Shown here: positions 25,398-38,652 of the stretch, piece after piece
Layout of the letters: each line of letters starts with the position of its first letter
Position numbering within the stretch: the stretch's first letter is position 1
From: Malacoraja senta
Lineage: Eukaryota
Direction of reading: 5' to 3'
Length of the DNA: 64,000 nt
NCBI GenBank assembly: GCA_038087875.1
Contig: CM075987.1
Coordinates: forward strand, 16,120,001-16,184,000
Translations under genes and position numbers: made by a program
The notes under the pieces: generated by a model
Told to the model about the DNA's origin: nothing
What the model saw: the letters and a program-made list of their open reading frames with translations, nothing else
Database searches by the model: none

Positions 25398-27599
25398 ACT
25401 AACCATCCCTCAGGGCAGTAAGCATCTGTGTGAAAAACACGTGAGTCACTGCTTTAGTCCTTTTACGAGGAACCTCCACTCTGTTCATTGAAGGATCCAA
25501 AATAGTTGCAACACATTAGCTGATTATCCAGTTCATTGTCTGTACTAGATAAGAGAAATCTAGCTAGTAGTACCCTCCCACTCTCCCCCCCACAACCTTG
25601 CAAATGATTCAATATGCAATATGGAGTCTGACTGATTCAACAATTCAGTCAGACTCCACAACTACGCCGGATGTAAGTATAAAACATTGTTCCTCATGTC
25701 ACATTTGGGTCTGCTGCCACTCACCTTTATTCTGTGCTTGGTAGTTTTTGATCCCCTCCACCAATTGGAACAGTTTATCTGTGTCCACTCTGTCATGATT
25801 TTATCAGGCCTTTCCTTGAATTACTGCCATTTACGGCATTTTCCGTTTCTCCAGTCAATAGCTGGCTACAGGCCACAGTGACACACACTGGTGATTGATG
25901 ATGCTATGTACTTGTAATGGAGGAACGCTGCAGAGCAGTTGTAGTCAAACACTTGTTCGATCCCCCAGCTCCCCATGGATTAGAACTGATTGTGGCAGCT
26001 GTGGTAGGGGAGGGGCTGGAAACAGGCCAATTACTTAGTCCTCGGGCCAAGGAAGGAAGGTCACTGGGTCCCTTGTCCGCTCTCCGCCAGCTTCTCTGCA
26101 GCCTCATCTCCTCTAAGCAGTCCCCTCCCTGGTCCTCCTAACGGGTGGAGGAAGAGAGAGTGGGAGAGAGATCAAAAATAACAAGGACAACTCTTTTACA
26201 TCTTAAACAGCATGGAGAAGAGGTCAAACTAAATCACAGAAAATCATTCAGCCAGCACAATTCTGTATGGATTAATCAGGCATGTCCATTTTGACAGGCT
26301 ACAGTGCACACAGATTCATTGACTAACCTAGCGATTAGAAAAGGGCAGCAATGGTTAGCAAGGTAATTCATATTAAACCTTGGTAGAATGACCAGTTCAG
26401 AATTACAGTGACCCTTGGTGAGGCATGTTGAAACATAATGAGCCACACTACACAGTGAACAAAGCAACATCTCCCAAATGGTGCTGAAAAAGGTTCAGCA
26501 GATGCTGAAAGCTTCATCAAAAGATTCATCAAAAAGGTCGGGACCCAAGATGTCGCTCATCCATTCCCTCCATAGATGCTGCTTGACCCGCTGAGTTACT
26601 CTAGTTATTTTTGTGTTTTGATCCCTATTGATGCCGTTTGCTGGTCTCAGTTTAGCTGGCAGCGAGGAAGCCTCAGCATCCCCGATCTCTGAAGGGTTAT
26701 TTTACTGTACTAATTACTGTGCAATGTGCATGTGTGAACATCAGGTGATGACAGGTCCACATTTGCACGCGACTATTAATCGTCTGCTGATGCTATGTTG
26801 TCACCAGTGAAGAATGACCACTTGAATAAAGTGCTTCAAGAATAATATTAGTCCTGGCATGGCTGAGTCAGATGGTGATACTGATCAAATATTGTCCTTC
26901 ACATTTTTCCTGCAGAAGTAGCATCACATTTGTCTATCTTGCCTGTGCCTACTCATGGAAATCATTAATTCCAGTTCCCCTTCAAATTCATAATGAATTC
27001 TTAATTGAAAGTTGCCATTGAGTTGCGTCCATTAATCTTTCCTTTTGTGCATGCCAGATTATAATATACCTCACAGAAAAAAACATTTTTTGTCAATTAT
27101 CTGAAATTATTGTTCTGTGATTAGTGACCGACCTTTCTTTAAAAGCAGCCCCAGTGCACGGTATCCCCGATGAGACAGAGGTCATCATTTGGCAGGAGCT
27201 TGCATTCCACGCTGCTGCAGTCCCCTTCCTGCAGTGCAGTCCTGCTGCCAACTGCGACAGAAAACAATGTTAATCATTAAAACCTGCTGGACTGATGAGT
27301 AAATCTAATTAAGGACACTCACTGCCAGGCTCCCATCAGAGGGTAGACCACTTAGTGTATAAAGCTGAAAAGAACAGCATAGCAGAGCTGCCAGTTCTGA
27401 GTTGGAAACATTCCGGGAGTTCTGATCATGTGACGTTCGGCTAGGGCTAAGTAAAATGAGACAGTTCTGACTCCATGGTAATGTTGTCACCTTACAGTTG
27501 CATGGAACTAAGTGTTTTGCCTTCACTGCCAGTCATGCTACTTGCTTGTCAGAATGTCAGAGCAAGAGTAATACTCTGATCCCAATTCAGTGTTCTTGT

Positions 27600-28610
27600 C
27601 GAAATGTGCTTTCAAGTATTTGTATCTTCTGCCCGATGGGAGAGGGGAGATCAGAGAATGACCGGGTTGTGAGTTGTTCTTGATTATGTCGGCTGCTTTC
27701 ATGTTACAGTGTGGGGGAGAGACTTGTCAGGGATGCGTTCACATCTCTGCAATATCTTGCAGTTTGAGCACAGCAGTTGCCATACCAAGCTGTGATGCAT
27801 ACAGATAGAGCACATCTATTTATGGTGCATCTGTATGGTTATATTTATTGGGCATCTGTAGAAATTGGTAAATCCATCAGAAACATGCCAAATTTCCTTC
27901 TGAGTAAGTCCAGGCAATGGTATTCTTTCTTAGATATAGCATTAATATGGTTAGACCAGGACACATTATTGGTAATATTTACACAAAAGAACTTGAAACT
28001 CTCGACCATCTCTATTTCAGCACCATCTGGGGTGTGCAGTCTACCCCACTCTTAAAGTCAAAGACCAGCTTCTTCGCTTTGTTAACATTGAGGAAAAGGT
28101 TGTTATCTTGATACCACCCCACTAAGCTCTCTATCTCCTTCCTGTGCTCTGTCTCATCGTTATTTGAGATCTGGCACACTACAGTGGTGTCATCTGCAAA
28201 TTTGTAAATCTAGTTATGGGGTTGAGACTAAGGCCTTGTGGGCACCAATGCTGTAAATTATCATAGAGGATGTTTTGTTGCCTTTCCTTATTGATTGCGG
28301 TACCTATGGGTCAGGAACACAAGGATCCAGAGGGGGTGCTGAGACCTAGGTCCAGGAGTTTGGAGATGGGTTTGATCGAATCTGATGTAGGTGTCGTTGT
28401 TATTCAGATGTTTCAGGGATGAGTGTAAGGCCAGGGAGATGGCATCTGCCTTAGACCTGTTGCAGTATTTGGCAAATTGTAATCGATCAAGGCTGTCTGG
28501 AGGCTGGAGTTTGTGTACACCATGACTGGCCTCTCAAAGCACTTAGTGATGGTGGATGTCAGATTCTTGTTTTACTTTGGCTCTGGGATGATAGTGATCT
28601 TCTTAAACCT
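27600..28610 (-). mobile_element. Degenerate Rex1/Babar-like LINE RT region (continues 29113-29400 beyond the hAT MITE)
   Basis: Reverse complement contains KFADDTTVV (GGTGTCATCTGCAAATTT) and downstream NNL.LNV.K and WYG motifs. Confidence 0.7.
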
Positions 28611-28618
28611 GGTGGGAC

Positions 28619-29104
28619 TAGGGTTGCCAACTTTCTCACTCCCAAATAAGGGACAAAAGGTCAAAATAAGGGACTAATTTCCGACGACAATTCGTTGACC
28701 GACTCGGCCGTGGCTGGGTGAACGATGAGTTGGCCCGGGTACTGGACTGCACACAAAGCCCAGCCGGCGGGCCAGCTGCGGAGTTTTAGCCCGGGCTGCG
28801 CGACGTCGAGTGCAAAGTCCAGCACCCCATCCAAAAGTCAAAGTCAATTTTATTCGTCACATCCAACTCATGAACCAATGATCGGCCATGAGAAGGAGGG
28901 ATGGTGGTGTCGGCGGTAAGCGAAGGTCTGAAGGTCGGACAGCTGGCCGGGCTGCCGACCGACGGGGCCACGGGGGAGGTGCTGCTGCTGCACTCCATGG
29001 GCTGCACTACGTCGGGACGGGACAAGGGCAGTCCCGTATGGGACAAACCAATTTAGCCCAATATACAGGATGTCCCGGCTAATACGGGACAGTTGGTAAC
29101 CCTA
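28619..29104. mobile_element. hAT-superfamily MITE (Tip100-like TIR) nested in a LINE fragment
   Basis: TIRs TAGGGTTGCCAACT / AGTTGGTAACCCTA; perfect 8-bp TSD GGTGGGAC (28611-28618, 29105-29112); subterminal GGGAC repeats. Confidence 0.88.
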
Positions 29105-30329
29105 GGTGGGACCCTCAGATACCAGTAGGGAGAGGTTCAAGATGTTTGCAAATAGCCAGTCAGCTGGTCCATGCAGATTCTGGGAGCTCCATTAGATTTT
29201 CTATGGGTTCACTTTCAGGAAGGCCAATCTAATATCTGTGACGGTGACAAGTGCACCTGATGCTGTTGAGGCAGGTGACTTCATTCCACTGACCTGTTAA
29301 AATTGAGCTTGTCGGGGAGGGATGCATTGTTGCCAGTGATTCGGCCCAACTTCGCTTTGTAGACTCTTATAGCATGTGCGCCTTGCCAGAATGGATGGAT
29401 GTCTGACGTTTGACTTTACCGAGCAGTTTCCGTTTTTAATTTCAGATTTCCAGCATTAGCATTTTTATTTTCATTAAAGTTGAAGGCAATGTTGTGCCGG
29501 AGCTGAGCACACGGGGCAGCATAGTGACTGCTCTTGCGTCCCTCCTAGAGCAGCGACTGTGGTTGGAAGCTTCCTGGACCCAATTTGTGTTGGGGGTGAA
29601 AATAGGATGGTTTCATGATTACAGCGTCTTGCAGCATAGCAACTGGCCCACAGCCAAGCTCACTTTCATTCGACGAATAAACTTTATTCATAAGCACATA
29701 TATATATTGAAATATAATGCCATCAGTGCATCTCTTTTATACATTCATAATGTCATCACGTGTATGCAATTATTGCACCATGAAAACAATACATACAATT
29801 TACAAAGCAGAGGCCTCTGAACTATACAGTCAAATATTTGCGGAGTTCTTTAACAGGGTCCAGCCCCTTCAGTGTCCAGCGGCGGTAGGACCTTGGGCTG
29901 CAGTGTTTTCTCACCAAGCCTTAATGGTCTGGCAATCTAACTGTTGATCACTCAGAAGATCATCGATCTTCGTACTTGTCGATTTGTTAGCATTTGAATT
30001 GCGATGCCACATCAGATAATTCGGTCTGCTTTTTGATTGTTTTGTTTTGCACTGGGCCACTTGGCTGTGATTCCACGGGCCAGATGTATAATTGACTCGC
30101 CCCGGCCACAAATTTACAACTCTTCTCCCAAGTGCCCTTTGAAAGTGAGATCGAGGTCTCCACAGGGAAGTTTTCTTGGGGGTATCAACATAGAGCTAGC
30201 TGTAGCTTGAAAACAAGGGCCAGAAAACATGTGGTGGAGAACAGTCTCCGCTGGATTGGAGTGTAGTCGGAGAAACAAACGGTTAATAACTGATCTGAAT
30301 GTATTTTAACGAAAGCACTAACACTTCAT

Positions 30330-30713
30330 TTAAAAGTCGCGTTGAACGTGGCGCTTTTTAAAACAATTTAATCAACTTTAGTTCAAATAGAATGTGAACT
30401 GTGTATTGAATATTCGATTCAATCCGGTGCCCAAGGAAATCTAGTCCACTGTTGTGAGGCTGCAGGAGGCTCCGCTGAACAATGGTGACATCATTGGGCT
30501 GGCTGGCTGCCCCAGAGGGCGGGTGTGAATCGCAGTCACTCGCTGCCACATCCCATTTATGGCTCAGCCGGGCTCCGCTGAGAGTTGAAGCAAGGTCTTT
30601 CTTTAAAAGGACCCAGCACCCGTGTTTACATTCGCCCTTCTTTGGCTTACGAACCGAGATGGCTTGTTTCTTGTCATTTTAAGTGGGGAGCACAATACAC
30701 GCAAGCCTTTCTC
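30330..30713 (+). promoter_or_regulatory. Probable proximal promoter/5' UTR of RALGDS exon 1
   Basis: Non-repetitive, locally CpG-richer sequence with a GGGCGG GC-box directly upstream of the ATG exon. TSS cannot be determined from sequence. Confidence 0.35.
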
Positions 30714-30896
30714 ATGGTTTACCTAACGTGGCCGGAGTTGCAAAATGACTGCGCAGAGGGCGGGCAAAAGATGTTTGACAGTTCGAGACGCATGAAGAAC
30801 CTCTGGGATGCGGTGAGACTGGAGGTGACTGGAGATCCGAGCTCCGTGGTCCTCAACAGATTCACGCAGTTGGATCCCGATCTCCCCCTAACCGAG
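30714..30896 (+). CDS. RALGDS: RALGDS coding exon 1 (MVYLTWPELQNDCAEGGQKMFDSSRRMKNLWDAVRLEVTGDPSSVVLNRFTQLDPDLPLTE)
   Basis: ATG at 30714, 183 nt, donor GAG|GTAAGC in phase 0. Resembles the recalled mammalian RALGDS N-terminus (MVQRMW...SRRSRSVWDAVRLEV...VVLHSFTQLDPDLP). Confidence 0.9.
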
Positions 30897-33800
30897 GTAA
30901 GCTTGGATCGGATGGAGTCTTACTCCCTGTGATGAAGGGAACGGGTCAGTTAGTGGATGCTTCAACTGCGGACACAGATGTAAACATTTAGACCAGAGAG
31001 TCCAGATGGGCTGCAAATATATTAGAATAATCTCGATCTGGAATTGCATCAAAGGACGGTGGGCACGAAATCAGTCAGTGCGATCATAAATGAATTGGAC
31101 GGACAATCAAGAGGAAAAAGTTTGGAGGGGATGGGACTGCCGTGTTTGTTTGTTTTTTACCAGGAACTGGCATCCGCGGTCTGGAAGGATTCTGTGATTG
31201 CAGGAAACATCTTTTCACCGGTTAGTTGGCGCATTATGAGCCATCCCCGCAGTTACTATGAAGTTATGAGTAATTTCTGCAATGTGTTTGTGTAGTGGAA
31301 TCCCGCTGGTGTCATGAGGTGTTGTAATGCCACTTAATCAGCTGTTTAACTCTCCTTACTGTAACCCAGTGAGCAATCGCGCCTGGGGAAGAAGGGGGTG
31401 AGGGGGGAGTGGTATTATCAGCACCAGTCTCGGATTAATGGGATGTTATTCCATGATTTTTCCCTCAGACTTTTGAGCTATTCGGGAGAAAATCAGGCTC
31501 TCCAAGAGTCACATTTTTGTACAAAAAATGAACTCATAAATGGAACTAGGCAATTGGTGTAACTATTTCAAATGCTAAAAAACAAAATGCTGCAGGAACT
31601 CAGTGAGCCAGGCAGCATCTGTGAAGGGAATGAAGTCTGTAGAAAAGTCCCGACTGGAAACGTTGACCGTTCCCTCCGTCCATAGATGCTGGCTGAACCA
31701 GCACTTTGTGTTTTCCCTCGAGATTCCAGCATCTGCAATTTCTTGTATCACAAACTGAATCAAATATTACATGTGATTTTCCAGCTGCCCACTTACTACA
31801 GTTTGCAGAACAATTTATTTCAGGCGTGCAATTATTGCTATTTATACTACAGCAGGAGAGGTTTTCCCATACTTTGTGTAGTTAAATTGTAGATCATTTA
31901 TTAAGGAATGGCTTGGGGTCAGTCTAAATAGATACACAATGGCCATTTTTTGTCCTGAATGTAGAAGAGTGAAAATTGTCTACATAGTTCATTGACACAA
32001 GGAGATATCGGTAATTTGCTCTGTCAAAGATGAAAAGTTAGGCTGATTTAAGTTAACTGTACCAAGGTGAATTTGTGACCTCTGCCTTTTTAACTGCAAT
32101 CCAAGTTGAAACTGCCCTTGTGTTTCTGTGGTATTGATTCGATCACATTGCAATATGCCACATGGTGTGCTGAAAGGCCCATTTCCAAGTCCAAACTGAA
32201 AATCGAGCACTCGTTCACAATAGTTCGTTCTATGTTGTCCCACTTTCACATCCACTAGGTACACACTCAGTGACACTGGGGGCAATTTATAGAGGCCAGT
32301 TAACCTGGGATCTGGGAGGAAACTGGAGGGCACAACAAAATACCCTTGCAGTCACAGGGAGGATGTGCAAACTCCACACATACCTGTTCTTGCTGCCACC
32401 AATCGATATGATGCACTGCTCATCCAAAGTTGTTATTTGACGTCCGAAGGCTTCACGCTTGCGCTTGCTTCTCCCATTTCCAGATAATCAGATGCCTAAT
32501 GTCCTTCGGGGAAGGAAATCTGCCTTTGCATCCTGCCATTGTCCAGTCAATATGTGTCTCCAAGTCGACCACCATAATTGTAGGTTACCTCCTCAGTTCA
32601 GGACATTTAGCACTTAGTTAATAAATGCTGAGCCTAAGTGTAACATTGCACCATTGCTCTTTATTAATCTGAGCCTCTTCTGCTTTGTAGATGCCTTATT
32701 ATCACATTTGGGAATGAAATCAGCCTCTGGCATAAGGTCCATTTAACAATATTTAATTACTTTTTAAGATGCACCGAATCTCACAAGTGGAAAATCTAGC
32801 TACATTCTCTGTGGTCTTGGAACATCCTGAAATATAATCTTCTGCAACTTGTTTTATTGTGGGTGTGGCTTTAAAAAAAAGACTCAAGGACACTTGGATT
32901 AAAAATAAAATGTCCAACAGTAAGCCACAATACCTGGAAACAGGCTCTGCAGCCTTCAACAAAAGTCACATCGCTAGAACAGCAAGAACAATTTCTCCTT
33001 TTGTAATATCAAGAGGAGGGAATGCAGTGTGCTTGTCTGCTCTGTACATTAGCCAGTGAAGGCTGCCCTGCACTTTGAACATACAGCTCATTAACCTTTT
33101 GCAGCCTTGAGTGGGAGTGGAGTTCTGCCCAACACTGCTGTTCATCAAGCGTCACCAGGGTAATAGGTATTGGCATCACTTAAGCCATAGGGGAGGGCCA
33201 CTGCCTACCCCTGCCCTTTGCTAACAAACAGGCATGCGGTTTCATATAGCTACTGAAAGCAGCTCACTGGAAGTATCGCTACTACCACCTGGCACTGAAT
33301 GGCCAAAACTGACCCTCCCTAGTTCAGCCTTGTAAAAGGCAAATATAGAGACTGCAGACCAGGAAATGAAAGCAATTAATATATTTCTAGTGCCTCCTTC
33401 ACAACCAAAATAGCATCCTAAAATGTTTTAGTGTCATCAAATTCACTGCTGCACTGTAGGAAATGGAGTGTCCAGTTTGTGCACAGAAAACTCCCTTAAA
33501 GAATGATGGGGCAATGGCCTATTTATCCATTCTTGGTGATGAAGGATTATGGATAGGTGTTCATTGATGCAAACTGCCTTGGATGTTTTGGAAATTCTGC
33601 CTAGAGGGTTTCTACATCCAGCTCCAAGGAAATCTGGATCCACTGTTCTATGACTCGTCCACAAGGACGGTCATTCCAAAAGTGGATCACTTCCATGGTA
33701 TTAGAATTCAAACAGTCAGCCCATATACTATCAGAACTAACTTCTCGAATGGTATTTAAACCCATGATCTTATGCATCCGAATTAAGAAACATCATTAAC

Positions 33801-34015
33801 TGAGCTGCGATGAACACTTCAGAGGCAGAATATCCAAAATACTTGAATATGGTAGTGAGGGGATATGTTTGCTCATAATTTTGGATTATATCTGGTAACT
33901 ATTGTTTAACATTTAGCATTATTTAGAAACCTAACGATTATTCGGATGATCTCCTTTTCCCAATGGTGCAGAATAACTGCCAAAAGAAAGGAATTGTAAA
34001 GAAAATATACAATGT

Positions 34016-34069
34016 TGAGTTTGTGAGCTGTTTATGAGCTGTTTGTGAGCTGTTGAGTTTTGTGAGCTG
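34016..34069. repeat. Short imperfect tandem repeat (TTTGTGAGCTG-like units)
   Basis: TGAGTTTGTGAGCTGTTTATGAGCTGTTTGTGAGCTGTTGAGTTTTGTGAGCTG. Confidence 0.7.
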
Positions 34070-36114
34070 GCCATCATGTGGAATGTTGTTGAGTTGGAAT
34101 TCAGGTCAAGTCTGGATGGAATTCAGGTTAAATCAAATGTATTGCCATATGCACAATGAGGCTAGGTACAATGAAAATCTTGCTTGCAGGAGGATTTTTA
34201 TTGTAACAGATTACAAATAGAAAAATTAAGATACTGTAGATGCTGGAAAACTGAAAGGAAAAGAAATGCTGGAATCAATCATATGTCAGGCCGATATCCT
34301 TTCAAGAAAACAAGCCTTGAAGATGTAAAGTAAGACGATAGGAAGGTAAAACAAGAGGAATGGTGTGAGACAATGTGGAAAACAAGAGGTTGTGCGGATG
34401 CAAGGTAAAACGTGTAAGGAACATGGATATGGATGCAGCCAAATCACTCAGCTGCTCCTGGATGGAACAATAAGGTTATGATCTGAAATTTTGCATGTCA
34501 ACATTGGACCATATCTATGCTGCAGGTCCCATCTCCAGCTTACTTTAGTCACCAGACAAGATATGAATCACTAAAAGGCTTCTCACAGGGCTGCTCCCTC
34601 TAAGTAGGTTGGGGATGGGATAGGTCCATTACCATTTCACAGGAGCAATTTTTGTTTATTCCTCAACCAACATTCATAACTCATATTATCTGACTATTGC
34701 TTATTGGGAGTCTTTGCTGTACGTAAATTGGTTCCTATGGTTCCTTAAATTACAAGAACTCTGAAGCGTAAAGTTCTTCAGGGTATCCAAGGTCTTGAAG
34801 GCTGGTGATAAATACACGTTATTTTCCCTACAGCATAAAGAATGCTGAGATCGTAGATGTAAAACTATACCAGCCAGTGATCTCAGCTGGTCAGTTCCAT
34901 TATCATTGGGTATAGAGCACTTTCCCTGCACCCATATCATGACTGAGACAAGCCATGAATGAAGAGCAGTCTGTCTCTGCCACAGTGATGTATTTCCATT
35001 TTTTACATCTAGCTACCCTGGCTTAGTGATATATTGCTAATTAGTTAGAGCTTGCATTGTGCAAAGAGCCCTAGAGTGCTAGAAGATAGATTGAAGCTGT
35101 AAAATTTCACACTACTTTAGGCAAGGTGGGGAAACGACTTGCCAAGGGCACTCTCATGTACAAATCTGTTTTAAAAGGGTATTTATGGGACTCGCACTGG
35201 TCAAGAAGGCTTTGAATATCAGGATCAACGTTGACCCACCTGATCATCGGGTATTTGCGTTAATCCTCTCTGCTCTGATTAGTGATAACTGCACTCTGCT
35301 TGCCTATAATTGTTTCCACACGAGATAGAAAGAAAACAAGTACATTGTTCACAGAAATAAGGGGTTCAAACAAATGAATTAGCTCAGCACAATATCAGCA
35401 CAATGATTGGTGGCTGCATCGGTATACCATCCGGAAATATTGCTTTCTCCTTACAGCATATAAAGATTGCTATAATAATTTAAAAAATGAATAATGGTTC
35501 CAAAGAAGTGGTGCTGCTTTAATCTACAGAGCAGTAACTGTGCTGAAATCTAGGAGGGGCGAGGAGGTGGAGAAATGTGAAGTCAGGGTGGGACAAGATC
35601 AGTTTTTCCGTCATTCACACACCCATAGATACATTCACTTAGAGACAGAGGTACGTACATACACACATTGCTGTTTACTTTCAGATGTACATCATGCAAT
35701 AAATCTTGGATGACCTTTCTTAAGGTTATTGTTTTGCTTGCCAACCTCGCCATCTCAGTTACCTATTTCAGCCCACCAACACTAAAATGCTCTTGTAATT
35801 CTAGTCTCATGAACTTTAGCCGCTCTGTCTGAGGACACATGATAAAGGGTGCACAGCTTTGAAATTCTCTCTGCAAACTCCTCCATCTTTGTATTTTCCC
35901 AATTTAATGTAAGAACCTCCTTAAAACCTCTCGGACCATGTATCTTGGTCACCTGTTAATGTTATTGTCACATTGTGTTTGACACTTCTGTGAGACACGT
36001 CAGGGCCAGGTCATTATTTTTGCCCACTAATGAAGAATGAGCATGCGCACATCGTTATGACTGATTTGGATGAGTTAAAGTGGATGGAAACAGCGTCCGT
36101 TGCTGAGGTGGATT

Positions 36115-36400
36115 TTGCTGAACCTGGGAGTTGTAGGAACGTAGCTGTTGTTGAACCTGGAGGTGTGGGACTTCAGACTTTTGTGCCTCCTGCCTGATGG
36201 TAACAATGAGAAGAGGGCAATGTTCGGATGGAGGGGATCATTGAGGGTAGATGTCGCTGTCCAGATGCAGCATCTCATGGTAAATCCTTTTGATGGTGGG
36301 GAGTGCTGTGCCCATGATGGACTGGGTGACTCTACCAGCCTCTGCAGTCTCTTGCATTTCTCTGCATTGGCATTGCCGTACCAGCCATGGCGCACCCAGT
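36115..36400 (-). mobile_element. Rex1/Babar-like LINE fragment
   Basis: WYGNANAEKCKRLQRLV...DPLHPNIALFSLLPSGRRHKSLKSHTSRFNNSY. Confidence 0.75.
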
Positions 36401-36489
36401 CAGAACTTACATGGGAAGATTTAAGGAAGAACATTTTACACAGAGACCTGGAAGTTCCGACCAACAAAGATGGTGGAAACAGAATTAAT

Positions 36490-36853
36490 CAATAGAGTTT
36501 ATTGTTATGTGTCCCTGATAGGACAATGAAATTCTTGCTTTGCTTCAGCACAACAGAATATAGTAGGCATTGACTACAGAACAGATCAGTGTGTCCATAT
36601 ACCATTATATAAATATATACACACATGAAGAAATAAACTGATAAAGTGCAAATAACAGATAATGGGCTATTAATGTTCAAAGTTTTGTCCGATCCAAGTT
36701 CAATAGCCTGATGGCTGTGGGGAAGCAGCTATTCCTGAACCTGGTCATTGCAGTCTTAAGGCTCCTGTACCTTCTACCTGAAGGTAGTGGGGAGATGAGT
36801 GTGTGGCCAGGATGGTGTGGGTCCTTGATGATACTGCCAGCCTTTTTGAGGCT
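36490..36853 (-). mobile_element. Rex1/Babar-like LINE 3' end with UTR
   Basis: Similar to 12090-12420 (CCTGAACCTGG...GGCTCCTGTACCTTCTACC...GTGGCCAGGATGGTGTGGGTCCTTGATGATACTG). Confidence 0.72.
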
Positions 36854-38357
36854 ATAAAGTTTTATAAGGAGATTGGAAAGGCACTTGAAGGGAAATCATT
36901 TGCAGGGCTCTGGGAAAAGACTGGGGAAATGGGGTTGAAGGGATTGTTTCACAAGGAGGTGGCATGGACTCAATGGGCCAAATGGCCCTCTTCAATGAGG
37001 GAATGTTAAGGGTGAATAGCTGAAATGTAATGGTTGAATCATCTCCAATGTGATTGATCAGGAGTGTAGAGGCATTTGTCATTATGATCATGCACATTTA
37101 TGGCAGGAATAAAAGAGGGATCTGTTCTTCCTTAACACTGCAGCATTTATTGACAAACTGGCTACATTGTGAAAATGTTCCTTTCTTTCTCATATTCGTG
37201 CCTGTTCCAGAGTGACCCAGCGTATTTCACCAGCACTGGCCTGCAACCCCTGGTGGAGTGAAAGAGTGGATACAAACTGCAGTGTGCTTGGTTTTTTTTT
37301 CTTTGTCCCTGCATTCATTTGAAACCTTTAACCTATTTGTCTGGCCTGCATTGAGAAAAATAACAATACATTATTGAGCAAATGTGTTGCTGAAATCAGT
37401 TTTCATAGAGCCAGCATTGTGCAAGGCCACAATTATTGAGGCTGATGAATGCTGCTAGTCACACAGCCTGAGCAGGGAATATTGCAAAGTTTCAAGTCAG
37501 GCATTAATAGTGTAATTATGGCTGTGGCACTGACTAGAGATAATTGAGATTCAGCAATGGTTGGAGGTCTGTGACTCCTCACAGACATGCTGAGGGGTTG
37601 CATTCTCTGTGAGCTGTGTACATTTCAAAAATCAAACAGGGTTGAGATTGTAGGGTCTTTTCTATTGCAGGCGCTATGTTCGTTCCCCCTGCCAGCTGGT
37701 TTCCTGACAATAAACAATCTAGAAAATAAGGCACGAACTTGTGGCTCTGTGAGTTAAAAAATGTAATCCTGTAAAATCAACGCAGTTGTTTCCCCCTCTG
37801 TCTGGATGTCTCTTGCCAATAGTGGAATTGACATCCGAGTTTGAAAGGCCAGAGAGGGGATTGGAGCATGGAGAATGGGAAGCGAGGGTTCCTCGGCTCC
37901 ACTAACAGATCAGACATACCATGGACTAATCACCCGGAGCAGTGCTTGGTCATTCCTGGGTTAGCTGGTGAGTAAGGGGAGCTGCTCCTACAAATGGTTA
38001 AACAGTAATGGGTGAGCAAATAATCTAGTTGAAGGTTTGGGATCAGGCATGTGTCATTTTTTGAAAGAATGTTGGGTGTGAATGGGATAGGGCTTGGCTT
38101 TGATTCGCTCCATTAAATAGTTCCTGAATGTTCACACCTAAATATTTGTTGCTGAGCTCTTCTCAACTTCAAGACATCCCCGATGCTCTACACACACTGA
38201 AGTGTTGCAGCTGCTGAATTGATCGAAAGGCCCAGCAAGGTCTATCAAACAGGAATATGCTTGTATTCCTGCTTCTAATTCTGTTGGGTAAAAGATAAAT
38301 ATTCGCCAGGATACCTAGGATAAACTCCCCGCGTAGCTTCAGGAGAGAGCAGATAAA

Positions 38358-38652
38358 GTGCGGAGGCGCAGCGGTAGAGTTGCTGCCTTACAGCGCTTGC
38401 AGTGCCGGAGACCTGGCTTCAACCCTGACTACGGGTGCTGTCTACGGAGTTTGTACGTTCTCCACGTGACCTCGTGGGTTTTCTCTGAGATCTTCGGTTT
38501 CCTCCCACACTCCAAAGTCATATAGGTAAGTAGGTAAATTGGCTTGGTAAATGTAAAAAAAATGTCCCTGGTGTGTGTAGGGTAGTGTTAATATGCGGGG
38601 ATCGCTGGGCGGCGCGGACCCGGTGGGTCGAAGGGCCTGGTTCCCTGTTGTA
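38358..38652 (+). mobile_element. tRNA-derived SINE (HE1/V-SINE-like)
   Basis: A box GGCGCAGCGGTAGAG, B box GGCTTCAACCC, core GGAGTTTGTACGTTCTCC...GGTTTCCTCCCACACTCCAAAG, CR1-like tail GGGTCGAAGGGCCTG. Confidence 0.8.

Noticed and set aside
38358-38430. tRNA-like A/B boxes (also at 55345 and 61137)
   Set aside because: Heads of tRNA-derived SINEs; no cloverleaf, and they continue into SINE core and tail.
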